Source of the DNA: Candidatus Eremiobacteria bacterium
GTDB lineage: Bacteria > Vulcanimicrobiota > Vulcanimicrobiia > Eremiobacterales > Eremiobacteraceae
NCBI GenBank assembly: GCA_025450855.1
Contig: JANWLL010000075.1
Location: 609 to 64,608, forward strand
Direction of reading: 5' to 3'
DNA length: 64,000 bases
The notes beneath the pieces were generated by a model. The model did not search any database. It saw only the letters and a list, made by a program, of their open reading frames with translations, and was not told where the DNA came from. This document shows positions 56,567-64,000 of this stretch, in pieces (position 1 is the stretch's first letter; every line of letters starts with the position of its first letter). The translations under genes and the position numbers were made by a program.

Positions 56567-57977
56567 TGTCCCGCATAATGTCCCGCATAACGAGATAGAC
56601 GCTGCCCTTCTTCGGGTTTTGCCGGATGGCGGCGTCTTCGCGGTCGGCGGTCGCGTGCGCGATGAGGTGCTCGCCGAGCTCGGTCGCCCAAATCTCGACG
56701 ACGAACCCAACTTCGACTATCTGGTGACGGGTCTCTCGGTCGACGCGATCATCGCGGCGTTGACCCCGCTCGGGCCAGCTGACTTCGTCGGCATATCGTT
56801 CGGCGTCATCAAGCTCGCGACGCACGGCACGATCGTCGACATCGCGATTCCGCGCCGCGAGCGCTCGACGGGTACGCATCACCGCGACTTCGATCCAAGG
56901 TTCGGGCCCGAGATCGCGGTCGCCGACGATCTGGCACGGCGTGATTTTCGGATCAACATGATGGCGCGCGATCTGAAGACGGGCGCGATCATCGATCCGT
57001 TCGGCGGCCGAAGCGATCTCGCGAACAAACGGCTCGACGCGCTAATGGAGTCGGCGTTCGTCGAGGACCCGCTTCGCGTGCTTCGCGGCGCGCAATTCGC
57101 AGCGCGGTTCGGGCTTACGGCGACCGCGTCGACGCTCGATGCGATGCGTGCGGCGTCGGATCTCATCCCGACGGTCGCGCCCGAACGCGTCGCCGAAGAA
57201 TTGACGAAATTGCTGGGAAAAGCGCGGATTCCGAGCATCGGATTCGAGCTGCTCCGCGAAGTGAGCGCGCTCCACCATATCTTGCCCGAGCTAATGGAAG
57301 GATGGCAGATCGAGCAGAACGAGTTCCACGCGCACACGGTCTACTACCATAGCCTCGCATGCTGCGATTTCGCCGAACAAGACGAGCGCCCGCGCGATCT
57401 CGCGGTGCGGCTCGCCGCGCTGCTCCACGACGTCGGCAAACCGCGCACGAAAGAAGGTCCGCATTTCTACCGGCACGAGCAAGTCGGCGAAGAGATGGCC
57501 CGCGAGGCGCTCTCGCGATTGCGATTCGCGAGCAATCTCGTAGACCGTGTCTGCCGGCTCATCGCGAACCACATGTATCCGTCCGACGACGGCCTCACGG
57601 ATGCCGCGATCAGGCGCTTCATCAGACGTATCCGCCCGGAGCTCGTCGACGATCAGTTCAAAGTGCGCCACGCCGACGTCCGCGCGAGCGGTCTCGCGCC
57701 TCGCGACGGCGAGGAACAGGCGCGGTTCGAGCGCCGCGTCCGCGACGAGCTCGAACGAAAGCCGCCGTTCGGCATCAAGGACCTCGCGATCGGCGGCGCG
57801 GACGTGATCGAGGTGATGAAAGAGCTCGGGATCGCCGGCCGCGATTTCGCCGGTGACGAGCGCGTCGGTAAGGCGCTCGCGAATTGCCTGGAGCAAGTCC
57901 TCGACGATCCGTGCCGCAACGAAACGGTGGCGCTCCGAGCGATCGTGCGCGATCACTTCACGGCGGGCGTGCGATGA
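56559..57977 (+). CDS. cca: CCA-adding enzyme / tRNA nucleotidyltransferase with HD domain
   Basis: AVGGRVRDEVL, FDYLV, RRDFRINMMA, DPLRVLRGAQFAARF and the HD motif LLHDVGKPRT. The GTG start at 56559 lies inside the parS palindrome, so the true start is uncertain. Confidence 0.85.
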   Translation: MERVPHNVPHNEIDAALLRVLPDGGVFAVGGRVRDEVLAELGRPNLDDEPNFDYLVTGLSVDAIIAALTPLGPADFVGISFGVIKLATHGTIVDIAIPRRERSTGTHHRDFDPRFGPEIAVADDLARRDFRINMMARDLKTGAIIDPFGGRSDLANKRLDALMESAFVEDPLRVLRGAQFAARFGLTATASTLDAMRAASDLIPTVAPERVAEELTKLLGKARIPSIGFELLREVSALHHILPELMEGWQIEQNEFHAHTVYYHSLACCDFAEQDERPRDLAVRLAALLHDVGKPRTKEGPHFYRHEQVGEEMAREALSRLRFASNLVDRVCRLIANHMYPSDDGLTDAAIRRFIRRIRPELVDDQFKVRHADVRASGLAPRDGEEQARFERRVRDELERKPPFGIKDLAIGGADVIEVMKELGIAGRDFAGDERVGKALANCLEQVLDDPCRNETVALRAIVRDHFTAGVR

Positions 57978-58741
57978 CGGCGCAGCGGCGCGTCATCGCG
58001 GTCGCGAATCAAAAAGGCGGCGTCGGCAAGACGACGACTGCGGTGAACCTGAGCGCAGCGCTCGCCGACAAGGGCGAACGTGTCCTGCTCGTCGACGTCG
58101 ACCCGCAAGGCAACGCGACGACGGGCGTCGGCATCGACAAACAGGCGGTCGAGCGCTGCATCTACGACGTGCTCCTCAAGTCCGCGACCATCGACGACGT
58201 GGCCCAGCACACCGCGGTCGAGCGGCTTTGGGTCGCGCCCGCGACCCTCAATCTCGCAGGCGCGGAAGTCGAGCTCGTCGCCGCGCTCTCGCGCGAGCAG
58301 CGGCTTCGCGCGGCGCTCGAGCCGGTCCGCGAGAAGTTCGACCGCATCGTCATCGATTGCCCGCCGTCGCTCGGCCTCTTGACGCTCAACGGTCTTGCGG
58401 CGGCCGATGCGCTCGTCATCCCGATCCAGGCCGAATACTACGCGCTCGAAGGACTCGGCCAATTGACGCACGTCATCGACCTCGTGCGCACGCACCTCAA
58501 CCCCGGCATCGCGATCCTCGGCGTCCTCATAACGATGTACGACGGCCGCACGAACCTCGCCGTCCAAGTCGTCGACGAGGTCGTGCGCTACTTCCCCGGT
58601 CTCGTCTTCGACACGCGCATCCCGCGCAACGTCCGCCTTTCGGAGGCGCCGTCGTTCGGCGCGCCGATCGCGCGGTTCGATCCGAAAAGCAAAGGCGCCG
58701 TGGCATACGCCGCGCTCGCCGAGGAGGTCTCGAAACGGTGA
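57974..58741 (+). CDS. parA: Chromosome partitioning ATPase ParA/Soj
   Basis: RVIAVANQKGGVGKTTTAVNLSAALA, DVDPQGNATTG and IDCPPSLGLLTLNGL. The ATG overlaps the cca stop (ATGA). Confidence 0.95.
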   Translation: MTAQRRVIAVANQKGGVGKTTTAVNLSAALADKGERVLLVDVDPQGNATTGVGIDKQAVERCIYDVLLKSATIDDVAQHTAVERLWVAPATLNLAGAEVELVAALSREQRLRAALEPVREKFDRIVIDCPPSLGLLTLNGLAAADALVIPIQAEYYALEGLGQLTHVIDLVRTHLNPGIAILGVLITMYDGRTNLAVQVVDEVVRYFPGLVFDTRIPRNVRLSEAPSFGAPIARFDPKSKGAVAYAALAEEVSKR

Positions 58742-59637
58742 GCAAGCAGCGAGGACTCGGACGCGGTCTTGGCGCGTTTTTCCCCAACGCCGGTACCGCG
58801 CAGGTGGCCCAGGCAAAGACGGTCGCCGACGAGCGGCGCGTCGCGATGCTCGACGTCGAATCGATCGCGGCGAACCCGAATCAGCCGCGCCGCGCTTTCG
58901 ACGAAACGGACCTCGACGCGCTGTCGCAATCCATCCGCGCGAACGGCGTCCTGTCGCCGATACTCGTGCGCGCTTGCGGCGCGGACCGCTACGAGATCAT
59001 CGCCGGCGAAAGGCGATGGCGCGCGGGCAAGCTCGCCGGGCTGCGCCAAATCCCGGCGCTCGTCCGCGAAGCCGACGATCCGCAGGCGCTCGAACTCGCC
59101 TTGCTCGAGAACCTGCAACGTGAAGACCTCAATCCGATCGAAGAGGCGAGCGGCTATCGGCAGCTGCTCGACGACTACGGCTTCACGCAAGACGCGCTCT
59201 GCACGCGCCTCGGCAAAGCGCGTCCGACGCTCACGAATGCGCTGCGCATCCTGTCGCTGCCGGATGCGGTCCAAGCGATGGTGCGCGACGGACGTTTGAG
59301 CGCAGGCCACGCCCGGGCGCTCGCCGCGCTCCCCGCCGCTCGAGCGGAGGCGATCGCGCGAACGGCGATCGGACAAGGCTTGAACGTTCGCGAAGTCGAG
59401 CGGCTCGCGGCGGCGGCATCGCCCGCCAAGAAAAAGGTCCCCGCTCGCGTGCCGGCGCGGGCCGCCCACACCGACCTGCCGCCCGAGCTCGCGGCCGTCG
59501 AAACCCGTCTGCGCTTCGCGCTCGCGACGCGGGTCGCGATCAAGCCACGCACCGGCGGCGGCACGATCGAGATCGACTACATCGGCGACGAAGATCTGAC
59601 GCGCATCGTCGACGTCATGTGCCCGCAGGACATCTGA
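58738..59637 (+). CDS. parB: Chromosome partitioning protein ParB/Spo0J
   Basis: RGLGRGLGAFF, IAANPNQPRRAFDE, GVLSPILVR, IIAGERRWRA and the HTH LGKARPTLTNALRIL. The GTG start overlaps the parA stop (GTGA). Confidence 0.95.
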   Translation: MSKQRGLGRGLGAFFPNAGTAQVAQAKTVADERRVAMLDVESIAANPNQPRRAFDETDLDALSQSIRANGVLSPILVRACGADRYEIIAGERRWRAGKLAGLRQIPALVREADDPQALELALLENLQREDLNPIEEASGYRQLLDDYGFTQDALCTRLGKARPTLTNALRILSLPDAVQAMVRDGRLSAGHARALAALPAARAEAIARTAIGQGLNVREVERLAAAASPAKKKVPARVPARAAHTDLPPELAAVETRLRFALATRVAIKPRTGGGTIEIDYIGDEDLTRIVDVMCPQDI

Positions 59638-59638
59638 C

Positions 59639-60469
59639 ATGAGGCGTGCGGCACTCGCGGTCGTCGCGTTCGTGACATGTCTGGCGTGCGCACCGGGGGC
59701 GGCGCAGGCGACGACAGCCGCGCCGACGCCGGACCCCGGGGCCGTCGGCGCGGTGAAGCGTTACGTCACCGCGCTCGAGAAGCCAGACGCGGATGCGGCC
59801 TATCGTCTGCTGACGCCGGCACAGCAGCACTACTTCGGAAATGCGCGCAACTTCGCGTCGAACTACGCCGCGACGCGCTATCGCGTCGTCAGCTTTTCGA
59901 TCGCGAAGGTGACGAGGCGAAGCGCGGCGATCGTGCAGGTCGACGTCGAGCAGACGGCGTCGTTCTACGATATCACGAACGAGAAGATGTCGAGCGCGCA
60001 AGTTACCGAGCCGTACTTCGCGCTGCGCGCGAACGGGGCGTGGAGCGTCAAAGAGATCTACGTGCCGTGGAAGTCGTACGCGCCGGGCGCACCGGCCTCG
60101 GGCGGCGGCATCACGGTTATCGTCGACCGCATCGAATTCTTCGACCACCGCATCCGCGTGTATTGCACGCTTCGCGATCTTGGCTCCAAGCCGGTGCAAG
60201 TGCTGCCGCTCTTGCGCAGCACGATGACGATCGCGGGCAAGACGGTCGCGGCGATCGACACGGCGGACTTCCCGCTGAACGATGAGCAGTTCTTCGAGGG
60301 CGCCCGCGTGTATCCGATGCACCAGGCAGTCGGCTACATCAATTTTCCGCTGCCGTCGCGGACCGATACCGCCCTTAAGGCGACTATAACCATCGGACCG
60401 GTGGTCGCGGACGGAGCGTCGCAGCCGGCGTACGTCACGATCGGTCCGCTCGATTTGCGCTCGTGGTGA
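59639..60469 (+). CDS. Hypothetical exported protein (NTF2-like N-terminal half, beta-sandwich-like C-terminal half)
   Basis: Signal peptide MRRAALAVVAFVTCLACAPGAAQA. I recognise no catalytic motif. It starts 1 nt after the parB stop. Confidence 0.5.
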   Translation: MRRAALAVVAFVTCLACAPGAAQATTAAPTPDPGAVGAVKRYVTALEKPDADAAYRLLTPAQQHYFGNARNFASNYAATRYRVVSFSIAKVTRRSAAIVQVDVEQTASFYDITNEKMSSAQVTEPYFALRANGAWSVKEIYVPWKSYAPGAPASGGGITVIVDRIEFFDHRIRVYCTLRDLGSKPVQVLPLLRSTMTIAGKTVAAIDTADFPLNDEQFFEGARVYPMHQAVGYINFPLPSRTDTALKATITIGPVVADGASQPAYVTIGPLDLRSW

Positions 60470-60556
60470 CCGTGCGCAGACGCACCATCCGGAGGATTCG
60501 TTTTACGCCGCTTCGAAGCCGCACGCGCTCCAAAAAATGCTTTGAAAGGCACATCG

Positions 60557-61000
60557 ATGCAGGCATCGCGGCGCCGTTCCATCATCGTCGCGATCGCCGG
60601 CGTGGCCGCGGCTTCCATCTCGCTCGCCGCGTGTGGCGGCCTCGGCGTCAACCTGAAGTCCGGCCGGAGCAACCCGACGCAGGTCGCGATCACCGCAGCG
60701 AGCGGAGTCACCGTCAACCCGTATCCGCTCCTCGTCGGCCACACCGTGCTCTTCGTCGCGCATCCCTCATCCGGCAACAGCACGAACTACAACGTCAGTC
60801 AGCCGGTCAAGTGGGATTCGAGCAATCCGCAGGCGGTCGTCCTGCTCGAGCCGGATTGCGTCTTGACGCACGCGTACGGGGGCGAGCAGACGGCGACGAT
60901 CTGCGTGTGGGCGAACACGCTCGGCAAGACGACCGCGAACATCGACGCGATCGCGAGCAACGGCGCGCTCGGCACGCTTGGAATATCGGTCACGAACTGA
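60557..61000 (+). CDS. Hypothetical lipoprotein with an Ig-like fold
   Basis: MQASRRRSIIVAIAGVAAASISLAACGG (lipobox LAAC). AAAGG lies upstream of ATG 60557. The track ORF begins at an upstream TTG (60542). Confidence 0.55.
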   Translation: MQASRRRSIIVAIAGVAAASISLAACGGLGVNLKSGRSNPTQVAITAASGVTVNPYPLLVGHTVLFVAHPSSGNSTNYNVSQPVKWDSSNPQAVVLLEPDCVLTHAYGGEQTATICVWANTLGKTTANIDAIASNGALGTLGISVTN

Positions 61001-61073
61001 TCGCGACGCGTTACCATCAGGGCATCTGCGGGCCGGGCGACCGGTCCGTTTGTTTTCAGGAGACCCAAAAGAC

Positions 61074-62783
61074 GTGATCTGCGCTCTCACAGCAGCCGCC
61101 CTCATCGCCGCGGCGAAACCCACGCCGCCCTCATCGGCACCCGCGACGCCGTCGCTGGCGGTCGTGTTCCGCGTCGCGCCCCCCGCCTCGGACGAAGAGT
61201 CGCTCGCGGCGGCAGACGTCGCGTTGCGGGCGCCCGAGGAGATCGGCGAGCCGATCCGCGCGCTGCGCGGCCACCCGCACGCGCATTTGACCTTCGTTAT
61301 CGAGCCCGCATACTTGAACGCACTCGATCGCGCGGCATCGGGCGACACCGCGCTTTCCGCGCCGAGCGTCGAAGCGGCGTCGAGCGGTGAGCACCCGATC
61401 GCATTGCTCGAGATCTTAGCGCGCCACAGACCGCTCGACTCAACGATCTCGCGCTCGCGCGCGGGCTCGCAATATTTGACGTTCGCGACGGCGGCCGCCA
61501 ACGTGGTGCGAGGCGATCGGTCGGTCGCGTTCTCGGCGCAAGATCTCGCGAACTTCGCGGCGACCGACGCCGCCGTCGTCCTGTCGGAGACCGGCATGCC
61601 GCAGCCGGAGTCGTTTTCGCCGCCATCCGCGTTGCTTCGAGCGCTCGCGGACGCGGACAAGGCCGTTGCGGACGAGCTGCGCGCCGACGTGCGATCGGGC
61701 GCGGTCGAGATCGCCGCGACTCCCGACGACGAACCCGTTCTCCCCCTCATCATCGACGCCGGCGGCACGTCGGCGACCGATGCGCGCATCATCAACCTCG
61801 CGGCGGCGACCGATGCGGGTAAGGTGACGATCGCCGCGCTGCGCGCGGCGTCCGCATTCGCGCATCCCGCAACGGGTCTTGGCGTCGGGTTCTATTCGCC
61901 CTTCGGTGCGTACGACGATGCGACCGGCCCGATCATCAAGAACGCAGGCGCGGCATACGCGCTCTTCTCCGATCGAGTCGTGCGCGGCAGCGGCAGCGGT
62001 TCGCAAAGCGGCGTCGACGAAGCCGCCGCCTCGTCGCTCCATGCGTACGCGCTCACCGTCGACCGCAAGGTCACGCTCCCGGTGCTGTTCTGGAGCGAAG
62101 ACGGAAGCGCAGCGGTTCAGACCGCGCTCGGGGCGACAGGTGCGATGTCGCAGCAGCTCATCGCCGTCGCGAGTCAAGCGGCGCAACGCGCTCGCGGCGC
62201 TTCCACGATCCTCGTGTTGCGGATCGATGCGGAGGGGCCGTGGTCGCAGCGCTCCGACGCGCGCACGGTCATCGAACGCTTCGTCGGCACGATCGCCTCC
62301 GGCAGCGCGGGTACTCCAACGGCGCCCGCGCAGTTCCTACACGCGCATCCGGCGACGGCGAGCGCATACGGTTATCCGGCGGCAGCGGAGTCGGGTTCGC
62401 TCGGGCTATGGATGGGTTCGGTCGATCAGGCGTCGCTGTGGCGCGCCCTCGCCGCGGCCCGCACCGCCGCTGGCGGCGATTCGGCGATAGACAAACCGAA
62501 GGTTCGACCACTACTCGTGGCCGCGGAGTCGGGGGTCTGGTTCGAGTCGCTCGGCGATCCGATGGGCGGCGTCGTCGCGAGCAGGTTAGCGGCATTCCGT
62601 GCGCTGATCGCCGGCATCTATCGGGCGGTCGATGCGAGGGTGCCCGACAACATCGCTCCCGTCAAGGCGGAAACCGCCGGGCCGTCGCCCTCGCCGGCGT
62701 CGACCGGCAGTCCTGGACCCGCGCCCTCACCCGGGTCGACTCCGCTGCCTGTCCCGAACCCGAAACCGAGCTCGCAACCCTAA
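61074..62783 (+). CDS. Hypothetical protein with weak glycoside-hydrolase-57-like N-terminal resemblance and a Pro/Ser-rich tail
   Basis: GTG 61074 lies behind AGGAG. HAHLTFVIEPAYLNALDRA loosely recalls the GH57 pattern (xxPsLleQL). The rest is unrecognised. The C-terminus reads PSPSPASTGSPGPAPSPGSTPLPVPNPKPSSQP. Confidence 0.4.
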   Translation: MICALTAAALIAAAKPTPPSSAPATPSLAVVFRVAPPASDEESLAAADVALRAPEEIGEPIRALRGHPHAHLTFVIEPAYLNALDRAASGDTALSAPSVEAASSGEHPIALLEILARHRPLDSTISRSRAGSQYLTFATAAANVVRGDRSVAFSAQDLANFAATDAAVVLSETGMPQPESFSPPSALLRALADADKAVADELRADVRSGAVEIAATPDDEPVLPLIIDAGGTSATDARIINLAAATDAGKVTIAALRAASAFAHPATGLGVGFYSPFGAYDDATGPIIKNAGAAYALFSDRVVRGSGSGSQSGVDEAAASSLHAYALTVDRKVTLPVLFWSEDGSAAVQTALGATGAMSQQLIAVASQAAQRARGASTILVLRIDAEGPWSQRSDARTVIERFVGTIASGSAGTPTAPAQFLHAHPATASAYGYPAAAESGSLGLWMGSVDQASLWRALAAARTAAGGDSAIDKPKVRPLLVAAESGVWFESLGDPMGGVVASRLAAFRALIAGIYRAVDARVPDNIAPVKAETAGPSPSPASTGSPGPAPSPGSTPLPVPNPKPSSQP

Positions 62784-62791
62784 AGGGGGAG

Positions 62792-62822
62792 TTTTCCACA
62801 AGGCCTGTGGATATGTGGAGAA
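62792..62822. promoter_or_regulatory. Cluster of three DnaA-box-like 9-mers upstream of or overlapping the thiD start
   Basis: TTTTCCACA 62792-62800, TGTGGATAT 62806-62814 and TGTGGAGAA 62814-62822. The strings GCCTGTGGATA and TGTGGAGAA also occur (reverse complement) in the oriC box pair at 49644-49664. Confidence 0.5.
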
Positions 62823-63654
62823 CGCGCGTGCGAAAGGCGGCCGGAACCTGAAGCCCAGCGTGGTTTGCAGTATCGGGAGTACCGACCCGACCGCCGGGGC
62901 CGGCCTATTCCTCGACGCGGCGGTCTACTCCAGGATGAGGGGCGTGACCGGCGTTTACGTCGTCGCGGGGATCACGGCACAGAACAGCAGACGCGTGGGA
63001 CTGGTGCTGAAGGCCCCGAGCGCTGCTGTCGTTTCGCAGCTCGACATCATCCTGGAGCAGGTGCGGCCGGACGCGATCCGCGTCGGCCTCATCCCGGGAA
63101 GAAAAGCGTGCTTCGCCGTCGCGGATCGGCTGCGTCGATTGAAGAGCCGGCCGCCCGTCGTGATCGATCCGGTCATGGTCGCGTCGTCAGGCGGGCGCCT
63201 TCAACGCAGGAGCGCAATCGAGGGTCTGCGACGGCTGCTGCGCGTCGCGGACGTCGCGACTCCGAACGCTGCCGAAACTGAGGCCCTTGCATCGATGCGC
63301 GTCGTCGATGTCGCCGACGCCGAGCGCGCGGGAGCGTATCTAGCGAAGCGTTACGGCTGTGCCGTGCTGGTAACGGGCGGTCATCTGCGCACCGGTGCGC
63401 GCATCGTCGACGTTCTCACGCATCCCGGCGGCCGCATCGAGCGGTTCACCGCGGCGCGACTTCGGGTCGACGCGCGCGGCACCGGATGCATGCTCGCTGC
63501 GTCGCTCTCCGTCGCCCTCGCTCGCGGCGCCCATCTGTCGGACGCGGTCCGCTACGCGCGGCGTTTCGTCCATGCGGCTCTGGTTTCGGCGCGGCCGCTC
63601 GGCCGCGGGCGGCGTCAGTTCGATGCCGCGGGAGTCGGCCGCACGGCGGTGTAA
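62815..63654 (+). CDS. thiD: Hydroxymethylpyrimidine/phosphomethylpyrimidine kinase (ThiD/PdxK ribokinase-fold family)
   Basis: VVCSIGSTDPTAGAGLFLDAAV, VRVGLIPG, VVIDPVMVASSGGRL, TPNAAETEAL, VLVTGGHL and ARGTGCMLAASLSVALARG. The start is uncertain (GTG 62815 or GTG 62860). The upstream part of the track ORF is read-through. Confidence 0.8.
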   Translation: MENARAKGGRNLKPSVVCSIGSTDPTAGAGLFLDAAVYSRMRGVTGVYVVAGITAQNSRRVGLVLKAPSAAVVSQLDIILEQVRPDAIRVGLIPGRKACFAVADRLRRLKSRPPVVIDPVMVASSGGRLQRRSAIEGLRRLLRVADVATPNAAETEALASMRVVDVADAERAGAYLAKRYGCAVLVTGGHLRTGARIVDVLTHPGGRIERFTAARLRVDARGTGCMLAASLSVALARGAHLSDAVRYARRFVHAALVSARPLGRGRRQFDAAGVGRTAV

Positions 63655-63690
63655 CTCCAGCCGCGCGTTCATCGAAGGAGAGCTTGCACT

Positions 63691-64000
63691 TTGGTCGTCC
63701 AGCTCCGTGCGACGAAGACGGCGAAGAGACGCCGCATCATGGCCGGCATGCGCCCGACGGGCCGCATGCACGTCGGCCATCTGCTCGGCGCGCTCAACAC
63801 GTTCATCGCGCTTTCGGAAGGCAACGACTGCTTCTACGAGATCGCCGATCTCCACGCGCTGACGACGAAATTCGAGCGCAGCCGCGAGATCGCCGGCGAC
63901 GTGCGCGAGATGGTCACCGACTGGCTTGCTGCCGGCCTCGATCCCGGCAAGTGCACGATCTACCTACAGTCGCATATCCCCGAGATAAGCGAGCTGGCGG
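63691..64000 (+). CDS. trpS: Tryptophan--tRNA ligase; N-terminal part only, continues beyond the window
   Basis: My translation is ...KRRRIMAGMRPTGRMHVGHLLGALNTFIALSEGNDCFYEIADLHALTT...DWLAAGLDPGKCTIYLQSHIPE, with the class I HIGH-type motif and a TrpRS-like pattern. TTG 63691 lies 10 nt after GAAGGAG. An ATG at 63739 is an alternative start. Confidence 0.85.
   Translation, partial: MVVQLRATKTAKRRRIMAGMRPTGRMHVGHLLGALNTFIALSEGNDCFYEIADLHALTTKFERSREIAGDVREMVTDWLAAGLDPGKCTIYLQSHIPEISELA

Noticed and set aside
62784-62860. TPP (THI-box) riboswitch in front of thiD
   Set aside because: Only GAACCTGA resembles the conserved ACCUGA core. The CUGAGA element and the pairing partners are missing. 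The region is better explained by the DnaA-box-like triad.

Overview
High-GC (judged by eye, about two-thirds G+C) bacterial chromosomal window centred on the replication origin. The core is gyrB <- dciA(DUF721) <- recF <- dnaN <- dnaA | oriC | rpmH -> rnpA -> yidD -> yidC -> jag -> mnmE -> mnmG -> rsmG -> cca -> parA -> parB. DnaA-box clusters lie on both sides of dnaA, an AT-rich unwinding candidate lies between dnaA and dnaN, and there is one near-consensus parS palindrome. Gene orientation diverges from this point, which fits a functional origin. Left of gyrB is an uninterrupted ~25-kb minus-strand outer-membrane/LPS supercluster: tamB, bamA, three skp/ompH genes, lpxD, lpxC, fabZ, lpxA, lpxB, a UshA-like metallophosphoesterase, an lpxB-related gene, an O-antigen-ligase-like gene, an lptA/C-like gene, lptB, a single lptF/G, a DUF3084-like gene, a YqgF-like nuclease and an SLH-anchored porin. 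The organism is therefore a diderm of the SLH/OmpM-tethered type. Further left are GT4+TPR genes, a visibly lower-GC Kelch/FAD-monooxygenase islet, recQ, dnaX-ybaB-recR, an M48 peptidase, a DUF697-like protein and a minC-minD-minD-minE operon with duplicated minD. I saw no rRNA, tRNA, CRISPR array, transposase, integrase or recognisable defence genes. The most unusual signals are non-coding: (1) a family of 95-130-nt nested-hairpin repeats, three copies, whose stems differ only by compensatory changes; (2) a second REP-like hairpin family at gene 3' ends; (3) helically phased TGTGRAA/DnaA-box-like arrays far from oriC, upstream of minC and of thiD. On the protein side, the best lead is the metallophosphoesterase translationally coupled inside the lpx operon, a candidate for the missing UDP-2,3-diacylglucosamine hydrolase. 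I do not see a convincing, wholly novel multi-gene system. Many long ORFs in the supplied track are antisense or read-through shadows typical of high-GC DNA and were not called.
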